DNA of 64,000 bases from the NCBI GenBank assembly GCA_017654855.1, contig CM030336.1, forward strand, positions 3,658,001 through 3,722,000, written 5' to 3'. The position numbers and the translations under genes are program-made. Shown one piece after another: positions 24,601 through 38,790 of this stretch (the first letter of the stretch is position 1; the number at the start of each line of letters is the position of its first letter). This stretch comes from Podospora anserina (lineage: Eukaryota). The notes under the pieces are model-generated. The model made no database searches and had not been told where the DNA came from. It saw only the letters and a program-made list of their open reading frames with translations.

Positions 24601-25289
24601 GTCATGTACCAAGTACAGTTACATCAGCCTCGTGAACTGCATACAAACACCCAACTCACAGCCTCATGATGCTTCCCATATAGCCATACAGCTTCACCCC
24701 AACACACCAAAGACCCATCGCCTACTCCGCGAAGAGTGAACATCATTCCTCTAATAACCCCCCTCCCCCTTTCCCCCCCCCTTCCAAGCGAATCCCCTGC
24801 AAAGACCTAACTCACCTTCCTCGCCTCTACCCTCATGAACCCTGTTTCATACTGCCAAGTTCGACTCCCTTTTTGCCCCTATCTCAACCACCAAAAAGAC
24901 CCTATCACGCTTTCCCCGTTGGATGTCAAAAAAAGGAAAAAAACACACAAATAGTACATTGCTTTTGTAACTACCTACTAAAGTACATAGAGTACACTAT
25001 TAATCCAGTTCCAATATCCATGCGTGTACGTAACCCCCCCCCCCAGCTTATGTATGTACGTAACTCTCCCCCCTCTGCCTAGCAGTGGCGGTGTTATTTC
25101 CATGTGTATGTTGTTGCTCACTCAGTCCAGTCTCCCGTCCTGACATATATTCAACGAATCGCCAGCCAGCCAGCGGATCAGACTCCAGGTCTAGAACATC
25201 AACATCGTGCACCCTCCTCTCGTCTCGTCTCACTCCCACCCCTTTCGCCTCACCGCCCCTTTGACCACTCCCACCCACTCCCTCGTCCC

Positions 25290-26623
25290 CTAGAGTCTGA
25301 TATTCAACCCCCCATCCCTCCCTCCCCCCTCGCCCCCCAGCCCCGTCCACCCACTCCAATACCCGACCATCTTCCACGCCCCCCTCAGGCAAACCCCCCC
25401 ATTCCCCTCCCCATCAAACTCCCTCCCCAGCTCAAACAACGTCCTCATGACCCTCAGCCAAGGCCCATTCCCCCACCTACCCTGGCCCGTCCCCCCCTCG
25501 TTGCAAAACACGTCGTAAACCCCCCGCCAATCATGCCCCTCCTGTAACTCCATCCCCATCAGCAACTCCCCATCCACCACCGGCCTCAACTGCGTAACAT
25601 AAACCAAAACAAACAACAGCCAGACCCCCCTCGCAACCACAACCCTCTGCGTCCCCTCCTCCAGAATAGAGAGCACAACTCTCAAAGAATTAACGGCCGT
25701 GACAAGATGCGCAAGATAAAAATCAAACGCCGGCCTTTCCGGCTTGTGCGTGGCCGTGAGCAGCAAAACAGAAAGCGAAGCCAGCTGGGGGAGAAGCAGC
25801 GATAAATTCCGACAGTCCAGCTGCTGGACGTACTCCACCACCGCCGCCCTTGCCGACGGGTTGGACAGGATCTGGTTGATGTTGTGATAGCCCGCTCCCC
25901 CCTTCATCACGCCGCTGAACCGCCCGTCGTAGGCTACCCTTCTTAGTAGCTCCTCTGGTCCGAGGAGTTCTGATGCCGGCCGGGCGAGCTGGCTGCTTGT
26001 TAGGAGGTCATAGATGCCGGGCTGCCAGTCTACGGCTGAGAGGGTGAGGGATTGGGCTACCAGGATTGCGGAGCGGAGCTCTATCCCATCCGACAGAAAG
26101 GTGAGGGGGAGGCCGAGGGAGGAGAAGAGGCCGTAGACGAGGGGTATGGGGCCCGAGAAGAGCTGGGAGAGGGCTAGGGCGGTCGAGTTGGAGTTGTATT
26201 GGTTGTTGAGGAGGGAGAAGTAGGTCATGAAGGCGCGCTGGAAGCGTTTGTCGCCTAGGAGGGCGGTTTTGGTTGCTTCGTCGGTGACTGTGAGCTTGTT
26301 AGTACCCCAAGTGCCTAGGTGGTGAGAGAGAGGGAGAAGGGGGCAGTGGCTTACTGCTGCCCGGGGATGGGGTCCAGGTGTGGAGGCTGTCTTTGCGGCG
26401 GCGGTAGGCGTGTTTGAGCATCTCCGGGGAGGCATCAAGGAAGAGGAGGGTGGCGAGGACCTTGGGGGGCCGAGTCAGTCTAGATGGTCATGGGAACGAT
26501 GGAGGAGGCAAAGCGTACTGTGGGGATGTCGTTATGGCGCCCATCCTGTTGGATCAGGGCGTGTTCGACATGGCTTTTGATCAGTTTGCTGTCAAAGACA
26601 GGGCGGGAGTTTTGCTGGCCCAT
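25290..26623 (-). CDS. Questin oxidase/HypA (DUF4243)-like protein, divergent; introns ~26518-26461 and ~26354-26288
   Basis: C-terminal FDFYLAHLVT motif and the family layout (LGD..FQRAFM.YF; GIE...LVAQSL.L). Spliced from MGQQNSRPVF through GTACGC..CTGAC..AAG and GTAAGC..CTAAC..CAG introns. Confidence 0.65.
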
Positions 26624-28935
26624 TTTGATAGAGAATAGACAGATATGGGAGGGATATCGATACCGGGATATTCTGAAGACATAGGCTGCAGAGACGAATC
26701 CCATCACACTGCTGACTGAGCTGCCCTTTATATCCATTCTCAGAGTAGCAACGCCCAGGTACCGGACCGTCCCGCCCAGGTGCCGGTTACCCAGTTTTCC
26801 ACCCTGAGCATTGCAAATACCAACACCCCATGATGCAGAGTTCTTGGAATCCTCGGAGGCTCATCGACGTCGGTGACGGATGAACCTGGGTTTGTCGAGC
26901 TGGGCGGACGCGGGATGACAGCGGGGGACCGATCCGGTGGCGGTCTTGGAAGCCTATCGATGTCTCGACAGGCCCATCCCATCACCAAGGTCTGGTCAGC
27001 CCGGACATAGCTATTGGACAGGTTGCGCTGTCAGAAGTGCTGGGGGAGATCACGACGATCGGCCTTGTGTGTGGGAAGACGGGGAAATTTGATGGAGCGG
27101 GCGTCTTGTGAAAGTGACGCGGGTTCTACACGAACGAAGCTGAGTCGCCGAAGCCTCAAAAAGTGCGGCATGGGGGTCACCGTTGACGACACGGAGGGAG
27201 GGTACGGGCTTCTGTGAGGTGCGAGGTGTCATTATCGATGTTTGCCGCCACCGCCGTGGCAGGGCACAGCTGGTCGATATGACTGCATATCCCTAGAGGG
27301 CTATCCGTGAGTGAGCGGTGATGGTAGTCTGAGGTGAATGGGAGCGGGAGGCTTGGCAGGAACATCAAGGCTGAGGCGACGGTATAGGGCCGAGGAGGAG
27401 GTCGAAAGATAGGATGAGGTGAGGTTCAAGGTGACAGCAGCGGGAAGCACGTCAAGTGCTCAAAAGCTCCGCTTGGCCCAACACGAATTGCAGGTCGTTG
27501 CAACCTGAGCACACGAGGGACCATTGACGATATAAGGCTATGATTGGCTGAGGCTGGCCGATCACGACCTCGGTCAGAGATCCCTCCCGGCCAGTTGGGA
27601 ACGCCTGCAAGGTCCCCAGCAGCCACTTAGAGTTGCAGGTCACAGCCGCAGCCACACCGCAGAGGGCTGTCGTTTTCCCATCCATCGGCGGCCCATTCGC
27701 CGACCCTTCCGAACCTCCCCAAGCACATCAATTATTCATCATCCATCGCCCGCCTAGGCAGGCTATCATCGACAACGTCACTTACAAATTACTTACTGCA
27801 GGAGGACACCGACTAATGCTGTGCAAGGGAACTTCTGGAATCATCTTGCATAGGCACGCTTGCTGTTGCTGCGACGTTACACGTTAGTTACCTCACCGCG
27901 ATTCTGCACAACCGCCTCACCACCTCTTGGCTCTATCGAAGATAGGTATCCGCCATTCTTATACGTTTATACACACCTCCCGACACCTCGGCATAACTAC
28001 CTCATGATACCCATCCCTCCAGCTTACACAGTCGTCTCATAATCCTGATCCTCGTGCTCGTTGCCACCCGCTAGCTCGGTTCGAGCAGGAGCAAGCGATG
28101 AATTGCAGTCTCAGATCTGTGTGCGACTCTCTCTCCAGTCGTCGCGGCGACGCTCGACGCGATCCGATGTGATGCGATGCGAGATCCCCCTTCTTCGACA
28201 GGATCGCCCCCCCAGACGCCTCAAGTGCCCTGCTGTTTCGGGTGCAGCTAGTGTCACGGCCGCATTAGCATGTCTCACTCATTGCTTGCAGCTTCAGCTC
28301 GACCTGCCATCCCATCGTCACCCCTTACCCTTAGCCTCGAACCCGGCACTTGGAGACTGGGATTCCCCAGCAAACAACAAGCTCCCTCTCAGCCAACCCG
28401 TGCCTGCGTCTGCAGGCAGAGGGATCCAATGCCGATCAGCTTTACCAAGCAGTCTCTGATATTGCCAGGCCTACCTGGCTTTGTTTTGTTTACTGGAAAG
28501 GGGTCCAGAGTAATGTCCGACACACGGCTGTCCTACAAGGACACCATCAGGTCGCTTGCTACCTAACCTACTCTCTCTCTCTCTCTTTCTCTCCCGGCAA
28601 CAAACACACATGACCCTTTCCCTGGGACTTGAGACCGTCTCGGGGAGAATGCTCTGATTGTCTGGATACCCTCTCGTTTGGCCGAGAAGCCCCGAGTTAT
28701 AATGGTTACCTTGACTCTGTCTAATCTTAGCCATTTGTGTCGTGACGATGGGGTTGAAATATGACCTGTTGCCCACTCCAGGGCTTGACTGGACTGTTGG
28801 ATTTGTTTTTTTCAGTACTCTCATTTTATTCTTATCGCAGTCCATCCTTTCAGTCAGTCGTTTAACGGCGCATCCTTCAAGGGATACCCCGATCTTGTCA
28901 CTCATTACCCCTGAACCAACCCCCTTGAAGCCACC

Positions 28936-31900
28936 ATGCGCACCATTCACAGTCTTTTGTTGGCGCTGGCCAGCTTGGCAGTCCTTGTGATGGCCGAGGG
29001 AAACGTTCTTTTCCCGTACATGTACGGGCTGAAATATACCGAGTACGACGAGGCAAAGAAGCTCGGTCTAACGCGTACGTGGTTGCTATTCCGGCTGGAC
29101 GAGACCGTAACTGACAAGTCCGAAAGCGTATGCCTGCAAGTCTGAAGACGAATGGAACAAGATGACCACGGCCGACTTCGCCAAGTACAAGTCTATTATT
29201 GTCCCGGACTGCCTTTGCAACACGAGCCTGGACACGATCAAGTTCCTGGACAATACCAAGAAGGTCTGGTCGCCTGCCGTCACGGGCAACATGGTTCTCA
29301 TCGGGACGGACCCCTCTTACCATTCCAAGTGGTACAAGCTCGCCGGTGCGTCGGCTATGATCCGGGATTCCATCAGCCTTGCTTCCACGGGCAAGAATGG
29401 CACCGGCATGTACTTTTCGCTGTCATGCTACTACCAGAGCAACGCAGCTCCGACCACCATCGAGGCTCTGTCGGAGATAGGCGTCTTTAAAGTCCGGGGC
29501 AACTTGACATGTCTGAACAAGGTGCACATCGTCGCCACGGACGATTCGATGACGTCCCTTACCGATGAGATGGCGAGCAACTGGAACTGCAGTGCTCACG
29601 AGGTGTTTGCAGAGTACCCTACCGAAGGGAATGGCGCCTTTGAGCCCTTGGCGATCGCGCTCAACACGACTGGCCTGGGGCAGCGGACCTTTGCAGACGG
29701 CACGCATGGAACACCGTACATCATTGCTCGCGGCGCAACACCACTTGGCTGCGGCAACAATGTCACCGAGGCAGAGTACAACGAGGAGTGTGATTATGGC
29801 AAGGCCGTCAACGGGATGCCAGATAGCCTCTGCTCGTCATCTTGCAAATGCCTGTTTGGGATGATATCGCCTGGTTTGTGTCGCAAAAACACCACGTCTA
29901 GTTCATCGACGTCGATATCGAGCAGCAGCACCACCTTCCACAACACCAGGTACGTATTTCATCTTTTGCTTGGGCTACTAGCTAACCAAAACATGGTAGC
30001 TCCATTGCCCTGAGCACCGGTTCACCCACCAACACCAGCCTCCCCACCAGCATGCTCTACACCAACACCTCCTCCCCGCAAACCAAAACCAGAAAACCAC
30101 CCGTGACCATCACAGTCTGGCCTTCTAGACCCCCATGGGTTTCTTCCTCAAGCCAAGCCCCAACTCCAAGCACTGCATCATCCAACACCACCAGGAGCGA
30201 CCCCGATACGCCAACCGTCATCGTTACCGCCTCCTGGCCCCCATCACCAAGCTCGGATGTCGCCACGGACGCGGAGCCGGGCACAGTCATCATCACCGCC
30301 TCTAACGATCCCGGCTCAGGGTCGCCGTCATTTACCACCTCGACAACACCCGCCCCATCCAGCTCACCGAGCAACTCTGATGACTCCAGTGGCTCCCCAG
30401 AGACAGTTGTCGTCACCGCCTCGAATAATGCCACTGAATCTGAACCTGGGACGGTGACGGTTTTGCCTCCCTCGGAAACACCAACAGGGTCGATGGGAGG
30501 TACATCATCTGTCTCTTACCCAACAGTAACAGTAACAGCCGGCGGTCCGGACAGTGGGGGGCAAGTCTCCTCCTCAGCTTCAGGCTCTGATACCCCCCCA
30601 GTGACGGTCACGGCTACGGCCGAAGTGCCAGGAGTGCCTGCTGATGGGCAGATTCCGACGCTTTCGGACACGACGTCTTATCCGCCGGGGACTGATGAGC
30701 CGAGTTGGTCTTTGACGATGACGACGACGACGACGGGGAGCGAACCGCAGGTTACATTGACTGTGAGGCCTTCTGGGGAGTCGGAGTCCGGTGGTGCAAG
30801 TGGGTCTGAGACGGGGACTATGGGAGGTTCTTCATCACTGGGATTGGATTCATCCATGACTGGTTCCGGAACAATGTCTGGCTCGGGGAAGCCAACCGTG
30901 ACTGTGTACCCAAGTGGTCAGACTTCTGGCGGGGGAGATGGGAATGGGCCGGGGGCTAGCTCTGCACCGGGGGTCAGCTCTACACCGGGGCTTAGCTCCG
31001 CACCGGGAAGTTCGTCTTCGGGTGGGGATGTATCTGGGACGGCGTCGGGAAAGTCACAGTCGACGGTTACTGTTTATCCCTCTGGTCAGAGTTCTGGCGC
31101 TGGGGATGGTGATAGCCCGGGGGTTAGTCCAGCACCAACAACTGCTTTAAGCTCATCTCGATCAACGGTTACCGTCTATCCTTCTGGTCAGCCTTCAGGT
31201 GGCGGAGGTGCTGGAAACGGACCAAGTGCCAGTTCGGCATCTGAAAGTGCCTCAGGCCCGTCTCGATCAACAGTAACGGTGTATCCTTCTGGTTCGTCCT
31301 CGGGCGGAGGAGATTCTGGCAATGGACCGGGTATCAGCGAGACAGGATCTACCAAGACCATGACGGTTGGTGAAAGCTCCGTGACAGCGCCCGGAGCTCC
31401 TGATTCTTCGAGCTCAACGAACAGAGGGTTGGGGAGTACGAGCTACATAAGCGGCAGCCTGACAAACACCGCCACGGGAGGGGGTGGTATGGGGACCGCA
31501 AGCGGGACGTCTGCGGTGTCTTCAGAGACGGGTGCTTCCGATCCTTTGAGTGGGAGCTCGACTGGCGGCACTGGGTCGGCAACCGGGTCGGCAACTGGGT
31601 CTCCCGGAACTTCTGGCTCTGGTGGTCCTGCCTCATCTGACTCGGCTACAAGCGGTGCCTCTGGCTCTGGCACCCCGGGTTCACCAAGCTCTTCCGGTTC
31701 ACCAAGCTCCTCCACTGCATCAAACCCCCCCAGTCTAACAGGTTCAATCACGACATCAACACTATCCGCCACACCCAGCACCCAGTCCAGCAGCGTTTCC
31801 ACCTCTGGAACAGCCTCAGCCCCATCATCAAACCAACCCTCTGGTTCCAGCTCAGAAACCTCATATTCTCCCGGAGACACCTCCGCCACCTCCTCCAACC

Positions 31901-32829
31901 AAGGAGGCACCACCACCAGCACACAAACAACATCCAACTCAGGCAGCCTATCCGGGTCAAACATACCTCTTCCCACATCAGGCTGCGACTCCCTCTCCCC
32001 CTCCCCCTCCCCCTCCCCAACATCACAATGCGACACCTGGATCGGAATAGAAATAATCCACATCATCGAAATAGTCGAAATCTGCCCCTCCGGCTCAACA
32101 GGTACCCTCCCCTTCCCCTTCCCTCCCCCCCTTTTTTTTCATTTTTTTTCCCACCATCATACTAACCCAACCACAGTGACAGAAACAAAAACAGAACACC
32201 TCTCCACCCTCACCCGCCCCATCTGCGCCACGCCAACCCCCTCCCAACCATGCTACCCCTGCATCTTCGGCACACCCTCCGCTTCAGATGACAACTTCAC
32301 CGTGACAGTGACGTCCTGCCCGGCGAACCCAAAGACTACGGTCACGGTCACGGCGCAGATGTGTAGCACTTGTACTGTGACTACGTGGGTGGGGACCGTG
32401 CCGGGGCATACTCCTGGGGGGGAGTGTCACGGCTGCTTGCCTCATGCTAGTTCGACGGTGACGGAGACGGCTGCTGTCGAGACTGCTACCGAGGTGGTGA
32501 CGGTGGGGAGTGTGGTGTCTGACCCAGCTGCTACCGGTTCTTCTGCTATCGGTGGTGGTGGTGGTGGTGGTGGTGGAGAGGGTTACGGTCCGCCACCCCC
32601 GGCATCAGTCCCTCGCCCGGTGGCCACCGCCAGCTCTGTCGCTGCTGGTGGTTACGGTCCTCCCCCGCTGCCGGATGTTCCTGTTGATGGGGCGACAGCG
32701 AGCGATTATGCCCCGTACAAACCCTCGTCGACCAGCTCTGTGGTTACTGCTGCTGGGGTTGGAAGGAGGGGCCACAGTGCTGTTACGGGTGTGCTTGCTG
32801 GGCTGTTGGGGGCGGTCATGGTCATGTAA
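28936..32829 (+). CDS. Secreted, probably GPI-anchored Ser/Thr-rich cell-wall protein; introns 29075-29126, 29950-29999, 32102-32176
   Basis: Signal peptide MRTIHSLLLALASLAVLVMA, globular Cys-containing N-domain, about 700 aa S/T/G/P stalk with TVTVYPSG repeats, Cys-rich juxtamembrane part, and GPI-type tail AAG..RR..SAVTGVLAGLLGAVMVM. Introns join three ORFs in frame. Confidence 0.88.
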
Positions 32830-33221
32830 TATTTGCACTTTGTTTTGATGGTGTGTGGTGGTGATCTAGGGTGGATGGACGTTGCTGTTTAGCAAGCTGT
32901 AATAATATTTCTTCTCGTCAAAAATTCGATGAGCAAGGTAGAATCTCGGGTGGCAAATCATCTGGTGGCTCTGAAACGTTGATATCACTGCTTGCATTGG
33001 GGACAACATGAAGCAACTGATCATAAAGTGATACCCATTTCATGTACGTGTAGCACACACAATCTGTCTGTGGGCGACCAAGGTAGGTAGGTAGGTAGGT
33101 CACAAAGCCAAAACTAAATCTCAAGGAACGTGGCACCTCCCCTTCAGCCTTCCGTGTGTATATGTGTTCCCACCGAGCATGTCCATGTTTGTCTGCTCAA
33201 GGTCGTCGTCATGTGAGCATC

Positions 33222-34475
<1,254 letters not shown>

Positions 34476-36183
34476 GTTCAGATAGTTACCTGATAACATA
34501 ATGTCTGACAAGTCTTGATCATGAGAGTGGTTCACACAACACCACCACCACCAGCGCAAAGTGACCCATTGCTTCTTCTCCTGTGAGAAAGAGGCATGAT
34601 ATGTACCGGTTTGTGTTTGACCTAGGCATGTATTAGTACATCCAACCAACAACCACCTTACCACAACAGGTCAAAAACAGGGAGTGATATTTACGAGAGA
34701 AGCTGAACTGGTATCTGTTGGATGTCTGAAGTAGTCTGTCGACAGTCGCTTTGCAGAAGAGAGAAGAAGAAAAAAGAAACCTCAACCGCCCCCTGAGAAG
34801 AACCCTCCCTTTATACCCATCCACCTCCCCAAACCTCCCACTTGCAAACTCCCCCGACCAAAGTCCGTTCGAAAAGAAGGTTCCCTAGTGCCCTCTCCAC
34901 ACGACTCATCCAAACCCCCACGAGATAGTCCGAACCCCTCACTACCACCACCACCAAGAGGGGTTCAAAGTTTCGAGTTGAGCATCGCCCTGCAGTCTCC
35001 CAACCAGTGAACATGCTCAAACCACTCAAGAAGGTGGAGTGGCCCTCCCCCCCAAGTCCCAAGATGACCACTCCCCCCCGCCCCCCCTTCCTCATGACAG
35101 TCCAATGACGAGGGCCAACTCAAATCGTATTCACCACCACCCTCCTCTATCAATCAGTCATCCCCCCTCTCAATAACCCCTCCTTTCCAAGCCATTGATT
35201 GATCCCCAAACCTCAACCACGGTACCGCAAAGATCTAGACCATCAATTGATAAGAAAACATGGCAATCAGCGGATACCCACGGCCACTGGCACACTTCTC
35301 GGCTTTAGAATTGGTCAATCAGACACAAATAAATCCCCATTGCTGACTGGAAAACCGCTCACAAGAAAGCCAAAAAAATGCAAGTCAATGACATACAATA
35401 CAACTCTGCCCCACTTTGCTGCTTTCTTGTCAAGACCTCGCCTGCGGCTGTGACACCACCCCCCTCCCCGACTGTTTCCGCTTCACTGCGGGATCGGAGA
35501 GGCTCTTAACCGATGCGGAGGTTTCTTGTCGACCAAAAACAAAACAACAAAAAAAAAAGAAATAAAAAAAGAAAAAGTGTCGAGAACTGCCATAAATGCT
35601 GCATTGGTCATGTGTTATGGCTAGGTAGATGATGACGATGACGATGACTCTTACCCGTCGAGGGTGTGTCTCAATAGATTATATACAGGTAATGTGTGTT
35701 AAGACATGGGGGTTTAGACCAAAAAACCAAAAAAAAAAAAAAAAAAAGATCAGACAGACAGACGTGCCAATCTACCATCTCCAACAGCCAAAAAATGATC
35801 CAAACAAACGCCCGCCTCCCGATGTGTGTGTGGTGTCCATGTGCCAAACGACAAAAATGAAAGATCCAACGCGCAAGTAGGTATCTGTAGGTCGATAATA
35901 ATATAAAAACCCCTCTCCCCCTTCCGAGATGCCGTCTCCTGGACAGCCAGCCCAGCCATATATATAATACTTTCGTACACTCTCCCCTCCGTCTTAACCA
36001 GCCCTCCTTTTGGTCAAAATGAACAACCCTCCGCCCCCCGTCCAACCGCATGCACCCCAACACCACCAACACCACAATCCCCATCCTAATCAAAACAATC
36101 CCATAACAAAAGACAACAACCCAAAAAAAATAAAAAAAAATAAAAATTAAAAAAAAAATTTAAAAAAAAAATATAAAAAAAAA

Positions 36184-37128
36184 TCACCAACACCTCAACC
36201 TCTTCCAAAACCCCGGTCTCCCAATCCCCCCCTCAATATTATTCACCCCCCTCCTCCCCAACTCCTTCTCCCCCCTTTCCTCCTCCCCCCCCCTATCCGG
36301 CAACGGCGTCAACGGCTTCGTCATCCCCCTTTTATTATTCCCCATCTCATTCCCCCTCCCACCACCACCACCACCACCAAGTAACTCGTCCGCCTCCATC
36401 TCGGCCAACCTCCTCCCCTCCACCACCCTCCTAACAATCAACTCAAACGTCTCCTCAATGTTAACCTCCAACCTCGCACTAGTCTCCATAAACCCGCACC
36501 CCCTCCCCCTAGCCCACTCCAGCCCAACCTGCGCCGCCACCCTCCTCCCCTCCTTCAAATCGCACTTGTTCCCCGCCACAATCTTCACCGGCGGCACCAT
36601 CTTATTCCCTTCCCCACCCAACCCCCCCAAATCCACCACCCCCGCCTTCCTCGCCCTCGCAGCGTTGTCCATTCTTGTTTCCGCTTCCATATCAATCAGA
36701 TCGTTAAAGTACTCTAGCGCGTGCAGCGAGTCAAGACTGGTGATGTCGTAGACGAGGAGGAAGGCGTCGGAGGAGAGGTTGGAAGAGGCCCACATGCCCC
36801 GGTATTCTTCCTGCCCTGCCGTGTCGGTCAGGGAGAGGTGGTAGGTGACGCCGTCGATGCGGCGGGTGATGGAGTACGAGTCTTCGATTGTGGGGTCGTA
36901 GTCGTCTGTCCAGCTGCCTGGCTGGCCCGAGCGGACGAGGCGGAGGGTGATGGAGGATTTGCCGCAGCCGCCGTCGCCGCAGATGGTTATCGAGATGGGG
37001 ATGGGGGGTCCATTTCGGGGGGAGGTGGTTGTTGTTGTTGTTGTTGTTGTTGGAGACGACAGGTGGTGGTTGTTTGGTGGTGAGGTGAGGGAGGTGGTGG
37101 GGGTGTGGTTCATGTGGGGGGAGCGCAT
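36184..37128 (-). CDS. Ras-family small GTPase (atypical, intronless)
   Basis: GDGGCGKS, YDPTIEDSY, DTAGQEEY, NKCD and ETSA motifs; ends in WKRLRCW. Confidence 0.93.
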   Translation of the reverse strand: MRSPHMNHTPTTSLTSPPNNHHLSSPTTTTTTTTTSPRNGPPIPISITICGDGGCGKSSITLRLVRSGQPGSWTDDYDPTIEDSYSITRRIDGVTYHLSLTDTAGQEEYRGMWASSNLSSDAFLLVYDITSLDSLHALEYFNDLIDMEAETRMDNAARARKAGVVDLGGLGGEGNKMVPPVKIVAGNKCDLKEGRRVAAQVGLEWARGRGCGFMETSARLEVNIEETFELIVRRVVEGRRLAEMEADELLGGGGGGGRGNEMGNNKRGMTKPLTPLPDRGGEEERGEKELGRRGVNNIEGGIGRPGFWKRLRCW

Positions 37129-37735
37129 TCTTTCTTTCTCTTTTTGTTGTTGTTTGTTTGTGGTTGTGATTGTGGTTTTGGCTGCGGCTGTCGGTGGTTG
37201 TTGTTGGCTTTCAAGTGTAAGCTAGCTAGCTATGTGTGGTGTCGATGGTGGGTGTGGTGGTGGCTGGCCTCGAGTAGGATAGGGGCGTCGCCAACGGTTC
37301 TTCTTGAGAATATGGGAATTTGGAAAATGCGCAAAAGGTGCTTTTGCTGGTGCGGATGGGGCGGAGGAGGTCTTGATAATAAAGTCGATCCTGGTCTAGA
37401 CGGAGTGCCCGAGCATAGGCAATTTAACAAAAGTCGTTGGCTCCCCTGTCGTCAAATGTCGGGGGCGCGTGGAGTAAAAACGGACAACTACTGCGTAGAG
37501 CAAAGCTGGTGGGGTAGCTAGCTAACTTTATGTCAACCAAGCAGACAAGCAACCAGTTTGGCCCGGACGCGACGTCACGCGCAGAAGGTGATGGATGGAT
37601 GAAAACCGTTGGCAAGGGAGGAACAGAGAAAGTGGTGAGACATGTACTGAAGTGTATCCGCCGCGTCGGGTATCGAGGGAGGGGAGTGGGAGAGAGAAAA
37701 ACCGGGACGAGAACGAGAAGCGAGGGTGGTGATGT

Positions 37736-37880
37736 TTCTTTTTTTATTTTATTTTTTATTTTTTATTTTATTTTTTTCTTCTTTTTTTTCCCTTTTTTTC
37801 CATTGTTTTTCCTTTTCCTTTTTTTCTTCTCTTTTTTTCCTTTTTTTCTTTTTTTTCTTCAAACTTTCTTTTTTCTTTTT
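37736..37880. repeat. T-rich low-complexity tract
   Basis: About 145 nt of interrupted poly(T) in the divergent Ras/decarboxylase intergenic region. Similar A/T tracts at 995-1035, 11300-11375, 16688-16735 and 36123-36183. Confidence 0.9.
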
Positions 37881-38790
37881 CCAATTCCCAAGATCCCGTC
37901 AATCAAAATTGGCCCGTGCTTAATAACACGTTACAAGGTGCGCGCAGGATTTTTCTCGGGGTCCCATGGACAAGGTGCTCGTGCGCCAGTGTGACAGTGT
38001 GCCCGGTCTTGCAGAAAGGATTGGGAAAAGATAGGTAAGTCTAGATTCTTGTATGGCCTGAGAAATAGAAAGAGAATCGCTGAGTGATGGTCCATCAGAA
38101 ACGCAGCCAATCATCTAAGGCCCCTGTCGCGACCGTTCCTGAATCCACTTTCACCCCACTCTCTTCGACTTCTTGACGGCGGCGTCCATCTCCAAATGAG
38201 GGGCTTTCAGCCTTGAAAATTCGATTGGAAATTCCCCATTGATTCCAACGCTAGATATCGGCGTTCCCTTTCTTCCAAGAAAGATGGTTCAGAACATCAC
38301 CATCCAACGGCCCCTAAACGCATAAACCCATGCGCGCCGATGCTTCGGGCCTTAATTGGACCTTCCCGGCCTATAGCAAGAAACATTTCTCCCCTCCTTT
38401 TCCGGACAAGTTCACCACCAACACAGCAATCATCTCCTTCCCCCCCCCCCGCCCCAAAATATGGCCAGCGATGAGGTCATCTTGCGACAGTTCGGCTGTT
38501 GAGCCGATGCTGATCCCAGGAACCCCCCGTTGTCTCCGAATCCCGGATCCTCGGCTACCTTACGTACACACGCCGCCGTGCCGGGACCGCTCCAGCATGG
38601 CCTGCGGGATGAAAGAACGTGGAATGCGGGTGGGTGGACCTCGGCGTATGCACCCGCAGCAGGCTCTTCCCTGATGACTACAAAAAAATCAAAATCTCTC
38701 TCTCACTCTGTATTTTCGATACCTTACTTTGACTTGTCTGACTGAACCCCAACCCTGTACTTTGATATCGAACCACTCAGCAAAACAAAG

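Noticed and set aside
33081..33100. (TAGG)n run and scattered TAGGTA/TACCTA words
   Set aside because: Common intergenic simple repeat in this fungal group; not telomeric TTAGGG and no specific function is evident.
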